A model generated the notes under the pieces. That model saw nothing but the letters and a program-made list of their open reading frames with translations, was not told the DNA's origin and did not search any database. Of a DNA stretch of 64,000 bases, positions 10,475 to 20,040 are shown piece by piece; the stretch's first letter is position 1, and each line of letters starts with the position of its first letter. Source of the DNA: an uncultured Planctomycetaceae bacterium (lineage in GTDB: Bacteria; Planctomycetota; Phycisphaerae; Sedimentisphaerales; UBA12454); NCBI GenBank assembly GCA_964449435.1, contig CAYUYR010000007.1, positions 11,504-75,503 of the forward strand, given 5' to 3'. The position numbers were made by a program, and so were the translations under genes.

Positions 10475-11866
10475 TTATCCGTTCTTATATTTTCTGGTAG
10501 TCGGCTCCTGCATTTCTGAGTATGTTTTGTCCGGCGGCACGGAACGGTGCCTCAATACCATAAGGTCCATAAGATTAAACAAAAAATATATATTCTTGAA
10601 ATCTTCAAAAATCTCTTTGTTGTCGGGGGGCGGGCTGTGTTTAAATTCTTTTTCCTTCTTGACGAGTTCAAAGATTTTATTCAGGGGGTTATAGCCGTTG
10701 ATATGTTTAAGCAGCGGTTTGGTATATTTTCCAACAGTAAACGTAGCAATTCCTTTTCTCGGATGTTTTACTGATACGGTTTCTCCCTGCTTTTTATCAA
10801 TGGCAAGGTCGTAAAGTTGTTTAGCTGAAACATTCTCGCAAAAGTGGAAGAATGGAATAATATCAGGGTCTTCCAGCGCAGCGACCGTATTGGTATTAAA
10901 AGACACATAGAATGTGTGTTTTTTTAGTGTTCCGACTATAATTTCAGCGATGGCCTGCTGCGTTTTTGCCGGCATTTTTTTGATTTTCTGCAGCAAAGCG
11001 GGATTTCTTATGAAAGTTCTTGGTTCGTATAGTGCTTTGTTTTCCACAAAATCAATAAAATTCAGGCCACAGTTGTTAATCCATTCGTAAACATCCGGCA
11101 CAGTGTAAGGTTTATCCTTTGTATGCAGGAAGACGTCGAAGATTTCAATGTCATTCTTATTTTTTACGTGTGAGAACAAATGCTCTCCGTGTTTGAACCA
11201 GTTTGTTTGCGGCAAAGCATCCAGGACGGCTTTTGTGCTGTCTAACTGTACGCGCATATCAGATTCATCTTCGTTAACCAGTCGCATCAGTTCCTGCATT
11301 TGATAAACGCCGGTTCTTCCGTATTTACCATAGACCATAATTCCGATGGCGCCATCGGGATTCAAAACACTCTTAATCGCATTCAGTCCTTCGGCGGGAC
11401 TTTCCAGATGGTGCAGAACGCCGGAGCAATTAATATAATCGAATTTGCCGATGTCCATTTGCGGAAGGTCGAACAACGAACCTTCAATCCAATGAATATT
11501 TTTAAGCCTTCTTACTGATGCGCGTTTTTTGGCGATTTCTATCGAAGCTGAGCTGATGTCGAGATGAACGATTTGCGTGTCCGTATCTCTCAATTGTTCC
11601 GCCAAAAAGATGGTGCTGTCGCCGGTGCCGCCGCCGGCAACTAACGCGCGAAACGAGCTGTGCAGGTCTCTTTTTCCTCTAAAACAATAATGATTAATTT
11701 TGCTTAACGGGTCCAGAACGGTGCCGAGAAGCCGTTTTTTTTCGTCATCGGGATTTCTATCCGGATAGGGATAATTCTCGTATTGCTCTCGTACAGTGGG
11801 TAAATAATTGGACTTGAGCGCAGTATCCCCCTCTTCAGGATTTGTTTTGCACTGCAACATAGTCAT
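10475..11866 (-). CDS. class I SAM-dependent methyltransferase with extra C-terminal domain
   Basis: 463 aa. VAGGGTGDSTIFLAEQL (motif I), LDISSASIEIAKKRA, INCSGVLHHLESP, PDGAIGIMVYGKYGR. Confidence 0.75.
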   Translation of the reverse strand: MTMLQCKTNPEEGDTALKSNYLPTVREQYENYPYPDRNPDDEKKRLLGTVLDPLSKINHYCFRGKRDLHSSFRALVAGGGTGDSTIFLAEQLRDTDTQIVHLDISSASIEIAKKRASVRRLKNIHWIEGSLFDLPQMDIGKFDYINCSGVLHHLESPAEGLNAIKSVLNPDGAIGIMVYGKYGRTGVYQMQELMRLVNEDESDMRVQLDSTKAVLDALPQTNWFKHGEHLFSHVKNKNDIEIFDVFLHTKDKPYTVPDVYEWINNCGLNFIDFVENKALYEPRTFIRNPALLQKIKKMPAKTQQAIAEIIVGTLKKHTFYVSFNTNTVAALEDPDIIPFFHFCENVSAKQLYDLAIDKKQGETVSVKHPRKGIATFTVGKYTKPLLKHINGYNPLNKIFELVKKEKEFKHSPPPDNKEIFEDFKNIYFLFNLMDLMVLRHRSVPPDKTYSEMQEPTTRKYKNG

Positions 11867-11911
11867 TCTGCAGCTCCTTCAATATGTCAATTCTAATTTT
11901 TAGCTAAAACA

Positions 11912-13471
11912 TCATACCAATACATTTATATAATCATCTGTAAGCAGTCCCTGTGTTTCCATAAGGTCGGCGCTGCTTTCGGCATATCTGAAAGACTCTC
12001 CATAAAAGCCGTTATTTCTTTGTGATTCGTAATTCGACGCATTTTGATGTTCTGCCCAGTTTTGCTGTCCTGATGCTGAATGCTCTTTCGGCATAAATTG
12101 CTCCTGTTGGCTGGTTAATACAACTTCAATCTTTTTTACGAGGACGCCGCCGTCGTTGAGATTCTGGATTATTTCCGGCAGCGACTGCTGTATGCTGTTT
12201 TTTGTTTCGAGATTGTCAACCTGCAGCAGGCCTGTGATAGCGTTGTTCTGCTCGGAAAACTTTATCGCGACTTTGCCGAGTTCCGGTGGATTGAGCCGAA
12301 CAACGATTTCTTTGCTGTCCGAACGGAAAGAGGTGTAAATAGATTCCTGAATTTGATTGCGGATACTTACAGCGGTGTTGCTATCGGCCTCAGTTTTTAC
12401 AGATGCCGATGCGGTCGGTGGCTGCTGGGAAACGGCGGGCTGTGCAATATTATCCACAATCGGTTCTTTGGCTGTTTGGGCAGGCTGTAAATCGTCGCTG
12501 ATTTCCTCCTGTGCGTTATCCGGCTGCGTATTTGTTCGGCTGACTTTCTGTTCGATAGTTTTGACAGAGACAGTCTCGATGTTAAATTTGTTGTTCTCAA
12601 ACGGCTCGAAAGATTCTGCTTTAACTCGATGATTTGCGGGGGCAGTCTCATCTTTATCGGCAGCCGGTTTTTCCGTTATCTGAGCGGTGTTTTGCTGATT
12701 TTGGTCTTCAGTATCGGTAATTTGGATGTTCGGCGTTTTTGTCTTGGGGGTATCAATTGCATCCGATTTTTCAGCGGTGATTTCCGGTTTACTGTCGTCG
12801 GTTAGTATTTCCGGCTTTGCTTCTCTGTTGTCTTGTAGGTTGGAAACCGGCGTTGAAATAATAACTGTCTCGGCCGGCGGGGCGGTTTCGGTGTTTACAG
12901 GAATAGAAGCCGGATTATTTATTGGTGCCGGTTTTTCATCGGCAGGTATGGATATGCCCGGTATGATTATTTCAGATTCGATTTGTTTTTGTTCGGCTGC
13001 TGTCTGGACAGTTTCATTTTCCGGCTCGACAATGGCGGATACCGACTGAACAAATTCGGCAATTGGCTGAACGGAGTTATCTGAAGTCTGACTTTCTGCT
13101 ATTTGCGGCAGCGGTTTGTCAGCTTCTATATCGGCAGCGATATCCGGCACAACCGGCAGAGCAAACAATTCCTGAGGCATAACAAATTCAGCGGGATTTT
13201 GGACTTGTTCCTGATTCTCATCGGCTTTGTCATCCGGAGATACATCAACCATTATCTTTTTTGCAAGGGTACCGCTAAAGCTTTCCGGCAGATTAGCAAG
13301 CTTATTTTGAACAATAATCTGGATATTATCGGTCGTTCCTGTCTCACCGATATTAGGATTTACGGCGAACTCGGCAGGGTTTTGCGTTTGGACGGCCTCA
13401 GCGAGATTCAGCGGATTGGATGCTACGGCGATGTTGGCCGCAAATATAGTTTGTGACAGAGATATATCCAT
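11912..13471 (-). CDS. fliK: flagellar hook-length control protein FliK
   Basis: 519 aa. Pro/Thr/Gln/Glu-rich low-complexity centre. C-terminal VVRLNPPELGKVAIKFSEQNNAITGLLQVDNLETKNSIQQSLPEIIQNL is the FliK hook-length domain pattern. The start is uncertain (see finding). Confidence 0.8.
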   Translation of the reverse strand: MDISLSQTIFAANIAVASNPLNLAEAVQTQNPAEFAVNPNIGETGTTDNIQIIVQNKLANLPESFSGTLAKKIMVDVSPDDKADENQEQVQNPAEFVMPQELFALPVVPDIAADIEADKPLPQIAESQTSDNSVQPIAEFVQSVSAIVEPENETVQTAAEQKQIESEIIIPGISIPADEKPAPINNPASIPVNTETAPPAETVIISTPVSNLQDNREAKPEILTDDSKPEITAEKSDAIDTPKTKTPNIQITDTEDQNQQNTAQITEKPAADKDETAPANHRVKAESFEPFENNKFNIETVSVKTIEQKVSRTNTQPDNAQEEISDDLQPAQTAKEPIVDNIAQPAVSQQPPTASASVKTEADSNTAVSIRNQIQESIYTSFRSDSKEIVVRLNPPELGKVAIKFSEQNNAITGLLQVDNLETKNSIQQSLPEIIQNLNDGGVLVKKIEVVLTSQQEQFMPKEHSASGQQNWAEHQNASNYESQRNNGFYGESFRYAESSADLMETQGLLTDDYINVLV

Positions 13472-13485
13472 ACTCCGATTTATTT

Positions 13486-13501
13486 AGCAAGTACTATGCC
13501 A
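13486..13501 (-). promoter_or_regulatory. sigma54-type promoter upstream of fliK
   Basis: Minus-strand TGGCAT-agtac-TTGCT. Correct orientation, but only about 4 nt of leader before the annotated ATG. Confidence 0.5.
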
Positions 13502-13810
13502 CGATTGAAAACCGGTTGTGTAAAAATATAACTTGTTGTTTAGTAATGAGTTATGAATAAAAATTATTAACTGTCCGACAGAGATATTTTACGGACGGTT
13601 TTAATTTACGGATATATGTTCCGCAGGGCAGGAAATAATTTCCGGTTTTGCGGGTCTGATTGTCTTCTGAAACGGGTGTAAAAAATGTCTTGAAGGTGTA
13701 CAGGATTTCGACATCACCGCAACGGTTTGAAAGGGGCATTGTTTGCAGAAATGCGGTTTTTGGCATAAAAAACGGGGTGATGGATTGAAAATGTCGCACT
13801 TTGATATGTT

Positions 13811-13826
13811 TGGCACGATTATTGCT
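13811..13826 (+). promoter_or_regulatory. sigma54 promoter of the flgB operon
   Basis: TGGCAC-gatta-TTGCT, full -24/-12 consensus with correct spacing, ~49 nt upstream of the flgB ATG. Confidence 0.8.
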
Positions 13827-13874
13827 TTTTATTGTTCCAGGCACAGATTTTGTCAATGAATTTGGAGCGTATTG

Positions 13875-14237
13875 ATGTCTGAAATAAACGATATCATCGA
13901 TGTAATTGGGGCCGCTGTTAAGGCCGAAAGCCTTCGTCAAAAGGCGATTGCCAATAATGTTGCCAATCTCCAGACTCCCGGCTACCGCAGGGTAGATGTC
14001 AAATTTCAGGATTTGCTTGCCAAGGCTCTCGAATCATCCGGAGCGGTAGATTTAAACGATATCGAAGCCGAGATTTACCAGCCGCAAAATACACCGGTAA
14101 AAGCGGACGGCAACGATGTGAGCCTCGAAACAGAGGTTGGCGAAATGGTTAAAAACAGTCTTCGCCATAAGACGTATGTCAGGCTTTTGCAGAAAAAATA
14201 TCAGCAGATAGATTTGGCGATGGATTTGAATAGATAG
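13875..14237 (+). CDS. flgB: flagellar basal-body rod protein FlgB
   Basis: LRQKAIANNVANLQTPGYRRVDVKFQDLL, rod-protein N-terminal motif. First gene before flgC-fliE. SD GGAG is 8 nt upstream of ATG 13875 (track start TTG 13872). Confidence 0.9.
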   Translation: MSEINDIIDVIGAAVKAESLRQKAIANNVANLQTPGYRRVDVKFQDLLAKALESSGAVDLNDIEAEIYQPQNTPVKADGNDVSLETEVGEMVKNSLRHKTYVRLLQKKYQQIDLAMDLNR

Positions 14238-14256
14238 TTCTTGGCCATAAGGTTTT

Positions 14257-14679
14257 ATGGAAAGGAAAATGCAAATGGGAATAGACACGAGTTTTGGGCC
14301 GATAGATATCGCCATTTCCGGTCTGCGTGCGCAAGGCAAAAATATGGAGGTAATTTCATCGAATGTCGCCAATGCCCAATCCACAGATGACGGTAGTGGC
14401 CAGCCTTATCGCAGGCTCGAAGCCGTATTGAAATCGGAAAGCGACGGACTGGGAGGCGTAAATCTGGAGGAAATTACATCGGATATGAGCGCATTTCCGA
14501 AGATTTTTAAACCAGGCCATCCGGGCGCCGATTCGGACGGCTATATAACTATGCCGAACGTTAATGTGCCGAGCGAAATGATGAATTTAAACATCGCGGC
14601 ACGGACATATCAGGCTAATACAGCGGTTCTCAAGCGTTATCAGGAAATGGTTGAGACGACGCTCGAATTATTAAAGTGA
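14257..14679 (+). CDS. flgC: flagellar basal-body rod protein FlgC
   Basis: IAISGLRAQGKNMEVISSNVANAQST...YITMPNVNVPSEMMNLNIAARTYQANTAVLKRYQEM. The start may be ATG 14269 or 14275. Confidence 0.9.
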   Translation: MERKMQMGIDTSFGPIDIAISGLRAQGKNMEVISSNVANAQSTDDGSGQPYRRLEAVLKSESDGLGGVNLEEITSDMSAFPKIFKPGHPGADSDGYITMPNVNVPSEMMNLNIAARTYQANTAVLKRYQEMVETTLELLK

Positions 14680-14690
14680 GGTGAAGCAAA

Positions 14691-15011
14691 ATGATTAATT
14701 TAAACGCTAATGTAAGCTCGGTAATGCCTGTCGGAAATTCCGGCACTGTCGGAGCCAATAACGGCAAGACTGCCGGCGCAAATTCCGGTTTTTCCGATGC
14801 GGTTAAAGCCGTCGGTCAGCAGATATCCAAAGTTGACGGCCTTCAGCAGACAGCGGATGTATCAATACAGGATTTGCTGTCCGGCAAAAATGAGGACCTT
14901 ACCTCGGTGGTCTCGGCAGCGGCCAAGGCCGATATGAGCTTTAAACTTCTTGTAGGTGTACGGAACAAGCTGATTGAGGCCTATAAGCAAACTATGAGTA
15001 TGCCTTTGTGA
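14691..15011 (+). CDS. fliE: flagellar hook-basal body complex protein FliE
   Basis: 106 aa, FSDAVKAVGQQISKVDGLQQTADVSIQDLLSGKNEDLTSVVSAAAKADMSFKLLVGVRNKLIEAYKQTMSMPL. Confidence 0.9.
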   Translation: MINLNANVSSVMPVGNSGTVGANNGKTAGANSGFSDAVKAVGQQISKVDGLQQTADVSIQDLLSGKNEDLTSVVSAAAKADMSFKLLVGVRNKLIEAYKQTMSMPL

Positions 15012-15061
15012 GCAGTGTTCGAGAAAAACATCAAAAAACGGTTAATTAACGGAATAATGTG

Positions 15062-16531
15062 ATGGATTTTCTTCAGAAAATAAGATTGGTTTGGCAAAAC
15101 GTCGGTTTTAGCCAGCGTATTGTATTACTGGCAATCGTTATAACGTTTATTGTTGTCAGTGTAGTGATGACTCGCTGGGCCGCAAGGCCGGAGATGGGGC
15201 TGTTATATTCAGGGCTCGACGCTGAAGAGGCCGCAAAGATAGTCGAAAAAATTGCCGAAAAAGGCGTTGTTTACAAGCTGGCAAACGGCGGAACAACTAT
15301 TTATGTTCCGCGTCAAACTGTCGCACAGCTTCGTCTGGATATGGCAAAGGAAGGTCTTCCGGCAGGCGGGCAGAAAGGCTACGGCATATTTGATACCGAG
15401 AAAATCGGAATAAGTCCATTTGTTCAAAATGTTAATCTCAATCGCGCCCTGCAGGACGAGCTTGCCAAAAGTATTCAGATGATAGAGGGAGTTGTCCACG
15501 CAAGGGTTCATATAGTAGCTCCGGAACGCAATCTGTTTAGTTCTTCAGCAACACCTACCAGCAGTTCTGTGGTTCTTCGATTAAGGTCCGGCTACAGATT
15601 AAGCGGCACAAATATCGCGGCTATAACGCATTTGGTTGCCGGCAGTGTCGAAGGGCTTAAGCCTGAAAACATAACTGTTGTAGATAGTCAGGGCAGGCTT
15701 CTTTCTTCCGAATCAAATCAGGTAATGGGCGCCGGCGTAGGAGCTGTCGTTGACTACAGGGAAAGAGTAGAACAGGGTCTGGCCGGCAAAGTCGAAGATA
15801 TGCTCACCGCTGTTCTCGGCCCAGGACGGGCTTCCGTAAAGGTCAGTGCCGAGCTTGATATGAACAGCACGAGTCTGGTTATGAAATCTTACGATGCGAC
15901 AGGAGTGGTTGTAAAAGAAGAGATTAAGGAAAAATCCAAAACTCAGAACGGCGGCAGCGGTGCTTCTGCAGGCGGCAAGGAAGTTGACAATACTATTACC
16001 ACAAATAAACTTTTCGGCGAAAAAACACAGACGATAAGCGCACTGCCGGGAGGAATAAAATCTTTATCAGTGGCCGCTTTTGTAGATTTGTACCCGAGCG
16101 ACCCCAATGAAAAAGACCTTATACTCGCAGAGGAAAGCGTTGTAGATATTATTAAGAATGCCCTCGGCCTGAAAGATACCGGCGCAATCAAGGTGGTAAA
16201 CGCCAGATTTTCACGGCCTGTTATAGCGGAAGTCGAAGAAACTAAAAAATTGGATATCGCGGCGATTGCGGGGCAAGCCTCGCTTGGGATTATGGCGGTT
16301 TGCGCGTTATTGGTGCTGAAAATGTTCAGCGGAGCAAAGAAAAAAGCGGCTTTAATGCCTGCCGCAGGAATGGCACAATTGCCGGCAGGCGGGACAGAGG
16401 GGCTTTTGACTGCCGGTGTTGAAAACGCCGACCCGACAATGCTGCGAAGGCAAATCGCCAATAGTTTGCGGAATAACCCTGAACAGGCCAAACAATTATT
16501 CGCGAGCTGGATTGATGAAAAAGGGAGCTGA
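15062..16531 (+). CDS. fliF: flagellar MS-ring protein FliF
   Basis: About 489 aa. N-terminal TM, then LYSGLDAEEAAKIVEKIAEKGVVYKL...LRLDMAKEGLP, second TM near the C-terminus, C-terminal FliG-binding tail. GTG 15059 is an alternative start. Confidence 0.9.
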   Translation: MDFLQKIRLVWQNVGFSQRIVLLAIVITFIVVSVVMTRWAARPEMGLLYSGLDAEEAAKIVEKIAEKGVVYKLANGGTTIYVPRQTVAQLRLDMAKEGLPAGGQKGYGIFDTEKIGISPFVQNVNLNRALQDELAKSIQMIEGVVHARVHIVAPERNLFSSSATPTSSSVVLRLRSGYRLSGTNIAAITHLVAGSVEGLKPENITVVDSQGRLLSSESNQVMGAGVGAVVDYRERVEQGLAGKVEDMLTAVLGPGRASVKVSAELDMNSTSLVMKSYDATGVVVKEEIKEKSKTQNGGSGASAGGKEVDNTITTNKLFGEKTQTISALPGGIKSLSVAAFVDLYPSDPNEKDLILAEESVVDIIKNALGLKDTGAIKVVNARFSRPVIAEVEETKKLDIAAIAGQASLGIMAVCALLVLKMFSGAKKKAALMPAAGMAQLPAGGTEGLLTAGVENADPTMLRRQIANSLRNNPEQAKQLFASWIDEKGS

Positions 16532-16535
16532 GTAA

Positions 16536-17540
16536 GTGGTATTAACAGGCAAACAAAAAGCTGCGATGCTGCTGACAAGTCTTGACGCAGTAACCGCTGC
16601 CGAGCTGCTTAAGGGCGTAAAACCTGAAATGGTTCAGGAATTGGCGGTAGAACTGGCGTATTTGGATGCGTCAGGCTTGCGAAACAGCAGGCAAACCATC
16701 GAGGTTGCATCGCAGTTCTGCAATTCGTTAAATACCGCCAAAAATGGATTTCATCTCAATAAGTTTCTCGACGCGATGCTGAAAAGCACAGTAGGCGGCG
16801 AAAAGGCCAAGCAGATACAAACAGAGATTGGTAATTTACTTCAGAAACGCGACCCGTTTATATCGATTCGTTCGACGGATTCGAAAACTTTGGCGTCGAT
16901 TTTGGGAACGGAGCATCCGCAGGCAGTTGCGGTGGTTTTGTCGGAACTGCCGCCAAGAAAAAGCTCGGAGGTTCTCGGATTTTTAGAGCAGGATGTTCGG
17001 CTCGGCGCAATCAGCGGAATGACTGCCATTAGTTCCGTTTCCACTGAAGCAAAAAGACGAATAGCGCAAATGGTTTGCGGACGTTTGGAGGCTCTTGCCG
17101 CTTCCCGGCAGGGCGGCGCTGGACCGACCACTGATGAGCAGCCTTTGCGAAAAGTAGCTGTGATTGTGCGAAACCTCAGTAAAGAGATCCGCGATGGTCT
17201 GCTTGCGGCACTGCAGGAAAAAGACAGTAAGGCAGGAGAAAAAGTTACCGAGCTTATGGTGCTTTGGGAGGATATTCCGCAAATTACCGACAGGTCGATG
17301 CAGGAAGCGCTGCGGGGTATTGATTCCCGTAAATTGGCATTGGCGCTGGTCAAAGCGGATGAAGCGATTGTTAAAAAAATCAGGTCTAATATCTCCGAAC
17401 GTGCGGCAGCGGCAATCGACGAAGAGACATCGCTTATGTCGGCACCCAAAAAAGAGGATATTGAAGCGGCCAGAGAAGAACTTGTACTGGCTATGCGTGA
17501 AATGAACAAAAAGGGCGAAATCAGCTTTGTAGAAGAATAA
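16536..17540 (+). CDS. fliG: flagellar motor switch protein FliG
   Basis: 334 aa, LTGKQKAAMLLTSLDAVTAAELLK...EDIEAAREELVLAMREMNKKGEI. GTG start after SD GGGAG. Confidence 0.9.
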   Translation: MVLTGKQKAAMLLTSLDAVTAAELLKGVKPEMVQELAVELAYLDASGLRNSRQTIEVASQFCNSLNTAKNGFHLNKFLDAMLKSTVGGEKAKQIQTEIGNLLQKRDPFISIRSTDSKTLASILGTEHPQAVAVVLSELPPRKSSEVLGFLEQDVRLGAISGMTAISSVSTEAKRRIAQMVCGRLEALAASRQGGAGPTTDEQPLRKVAVIVRNLSKEIRDGLLAALQEKDSKAGEKVTELMVLWEDIPQITDRSMQEALRGIDSRKLALALVKADEAIVKKIRSNISERAAAAIDEETSLMSAPKKEDIEAAREELVLAMREMNKKGEISFVEE

Positions 17541-17544
17541 TACA

Positions 17545-18090
17545 ATGGCTCAGATGGCAATAAAACTCGATAAACCGCTTAAAGCTGTACAAATAGTAAA
17601 TAATTACAGCGGCGGCAATACGGCAGCGGATTTCCGGCAGATGGAAGAACTAAAGTCGCAAAAGAATTTGTATGATAATGCCTGCCGGACCGTTCAAGAC
17701 CTTGCCGACAAACTTAATCAGTTTTACGAGAGGATTTTTGTCGAGCATAGTGAAGAAATCGCCCGGCTTTCTGTCGAAATTGCCAGAAAGATATTGATGC
17801 GGAAGGTCGAGGACGGCGACTATAAAATTGAAGAGATTATAAAAGAAATACTTAAGAATGCTCCGGCCCATCAGGATTTGGTAGTGCGTTTAAATCCTAA
17901 AGACCTTGCAGACTGTCAGGAAATTCAGCAGCAGGGCGGTATTGAGGAATTGTCCGGCGTAAAACTTGTCGCGGATGCGAATGTCGGACGGGCAGAATGC
18001 GTGCTCGAGAGTCCGAAAGGAATAATTAAATCGCTAATTGATGAAAATATCGGGCAAATCGCAAAGGCACTTGGTAAAAAAATGGAATGA
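17545..18090 (+). CDS. fliH: flagellar export ATPase regulator FliH
   Basis: 181 aa, between fliG and fliI. EEIARLSVEIARKILMRKVEDGDYKIEEIIKEIL...LVVRLNPKDL pattern. Confidence 0.75.
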   Translation: MAQMAIKLDKPLKAVQIVNNYSGGNTAADFRQMEELKSQKNLYDNACRTVQDLADKLNQFYERIFVEHSEEIARLSVEIARKILMRKVEDGDYKIEEIIKEILKNAPAHQDLVVRLNPKDLADCQEIQQQGGIEELSGVKLVADANVGRAECVLESPKGIIKSLIDENIGQIAKALGKKME

Positions 18091-18093
18091 TTT

Positions 18094-19509
18094 ATGAGTA
18101 CTGGCAAAATCAAAGAACGAAAAATCGATACACAGCAGGATATTTTGGCCGGCTCCAAAAATCAATTGATTGATTTTGATAAATTCCACTCTGCGCTGCG
18201 TGCAGTGAATTTGTTAAGTTGTCAGGGTTCGGTAATCAGGGTTTCTGGCTTAACAGTCGAATCCAGCGGTCCGAAGGTCGGGCTGGGCGAACTTTGCGGG
18301 ATTAATATTCGCGACGGCCGGCGTGTATTGGCAGAAGTGGTAGGTTTTCATAATGACCGGCTTATTCTGCTTCCGCTGGAGCATATCGAAGGTATATCGC
18401 CCGGCGATACCGTAACGACGCGGACGACTCCGCGGTATATTACGCTGGGCGAGAATATACTGGGCAGGATAGTAAACGGATTGGGAGAGCCTATTGACGG
18501 AAAAGGGCCTCTGGCAGGCTGCGATAAAAAGGCATTGGATTCAGCCAGTCCTTCCGCGCTGACACGGAAAAAAATCAATCAGCCTTTGGCTTTAGGCATC
18601 AGGTCGATGGACGGAATGCTGACCTGCGGCAGGGGCCAGCGCGTAGGTATTTTCGCGGGCAGCGGCGTAGGCAAAAGCGTGCTGCTGGGCGATATTGCCA
18701 ATTCGAGCGATGCGGATGTGAACGTGGTTGCATTAATAGGCGAGCGAGGCCGTGAAGTTCGTGAATTTCTCGAAGGAGACCTCGGCCCCGAAGGTTTAGC
18801 CCGCAGCGTGGTTGTAATTGCCGCTTCAGATTGTCCTCCGATTCAAAGGGTAAAGGCGGCATTTGTGGCGGTAACGATTGCCGAATACTTCAGGGATAAA
18901 GGCAAAAATGTTTTATTTATGATGGATTCGTTCACCCGCTTTGCTCAGGCTCAGCGTGAAATAGGGCTTGCCGCCGGCGAGCCGCCCGCCGCCAAGGGCT
19001 ATTGTCCGAGCGTTTTTGCATTGATGCCCCGACTCGTAGAGCGGCTGGGCTGTTCCGAGTATGGAAGCATCACGGGAATTTTGACGGTTCTTGTTGAAAA
19101 TGACGATTTGAGCGACCCCGTGGCCGACAGTGCACGAAGTCTGCTTGACGGGCATATTGTTTTATCGAGAAAATTAGCCGACAGGGGACATTTTCCCGCG
19201 GTAGATATACTGGCAAGCGTAAGCAGGCTGATGCCCGCTGTGGTTAGTAAGGAGCATAAACAGGCTGCCCAGAAGATTAAAGAGATATACGCTACATATA
19301 TCGACGCCGAAGACCTTATAAATATCGGTGCGTTTTCAGCGGGCAGCAACCGCCGTATCGACGGGGCGATTGCATTGATTGACAGGTTAAACAGTTTTCT
19401 TATTCAGCCGGTGAGGGAAAGGACTGATTTCGAAGAAACCGTCAGTCAGTTAATCGCTCTTGCGGAAGTATGGGATGAATTATTAAGCGTTGATGTTGTA
19501 AAAAAATAA
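18094..19509 (+). CDS. fliI: flagellum-specific ATPase FliI
   Basis: 471 aa. Walker A GIFAGSGVGKSVLL, Walker B VLFMMDSFTRFAQAQREI, F1/T3SS ATPase fold pattern. Confidence 0.95.
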   Translation: MSTGKIKERKIDTQQDILAGSKNQLIDFDKFHSALRAVNLLSCQGSVIRVSGLTVESSGPKVGLGELCGINIRDGRRVLAEVVGFHNDRLILLPLEHIEGISPGDTVTTRTTPRYITLGENILGRIVNGLGEPIDGKGPLAGCDKKALDSASPSALTRKKINQPLALGIRSMDGMLTCGRGQRVGIFAGSGVGKSVLLGDIANSSDADVNVVALIGERGREVREFLEGDLGPEGLARSVVVIAASDCPPIQRVKAAFVAVTIAEYFRDKGKNVLFMMDSFTRFAQAQREIGLAAGEPPAAKGYCPSVFALMPRLVERLGCSEYGSITGILTVLVENDDLSDPVADSARSLLDGHIVLSRKLADRGHFPAVDILASVSRLMPAVVSKEHKQAAQKIKEIYATYIDAEDLINIGAFSAGSNRRIDGAIALIDRLNSFLIQPVRERTDFEETVSQLIALAEVWDELLSVDVVKK

Positions 19510-19523
19510 ATGGTGCAAAATAA

Positions 19524-19997
19524 ATGAAACGATTTGTATGGCGTCTGCAGCGGGTTCTTGACATAAAAATAAAGGAAGAGCAGATAAAAAGAGCCGAATT
19601 GCTTGCGATAACCCATAAATTAGCTGAGGCGCAAAGCGAGCTGATGATGCAAAGGCGGATATTGGCGGATGTAATTGACAGCTTGTCGCAGGAGCATCCG
19701 AAAATGCGTCTGGACAAGCAGGCTCTTTTTCTGAGGTATGCGGCGATAAATGACGAGTTAATTAAAAAACTCGAAAATAAGGTAAAAGAAATAGAAATAA
19801 AGCAAAAGGAAAAAATCGGCGAAGTCTTAAAGGTTAAAAAGTTCAGGAAAGGCCTTGAGAAATTGAGAGCTGAAACAAAAATGCGGTTTATAAAGGAACA
19901 GGAAAAACTCGAACAGAAAGATGCGGACGAAATGACCACTATGGGTTTTGCCCGAAAGATAATGCAGGCGGATACCGCCGGCAATTTCGTCTATTGA
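19524..19997 (+). CDS. fliJ: flagellar export protein FliJ
   Basis: 157-aa coiled coil, FVWRLQRVLDIKIKEEQIKRAELLAI, directly after fliI. Confidence 0.75.
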   Translation: MKRFVWRLQRVLDIKIKEEQIKRAELLAITHKLAEAQSELMMQRRILADVIDSLSQEHPKMRLDKQALFLRYAAINDELIKKLENKVKEIEIKQKEKIGEVLKVKKFRKGLEKLRAETKMRFIKEQEKLEQKDADEMTTMGFARKIMQADTAGNFVY

Positions 19998-20040
19998 AAT
20001 TTCTTGTATTTGTTAATTGCAAGATTAAGGAGATAAACTT

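Noticed and set aside
13551-13940. 129-aa minus-strand ORF spanning the fliK-flgB intergenic region and the flgB start.
   Set aside because: It overlaps the flgB sigma54 promoter and the start of flgB. It has no SD and an odd composition. The region is better explained as a divergent promoter region.
15943-19984. Long antisense ORFs inside fliF/fliG/fliI/fliJ (15943..16578, 16841..17560, 18999..19349, 19442..19984). Similar cases occur elsewhere: 52086..52721 in flhA, 49221..49805 in activator 2 and 4905..5537 in ntpI.
   Set aside because: Each is antisense to a confidently recognised gene. The translations are Ser/Ala/Ile/Phe-rich without motifs, typical of the complement of coding sequence.
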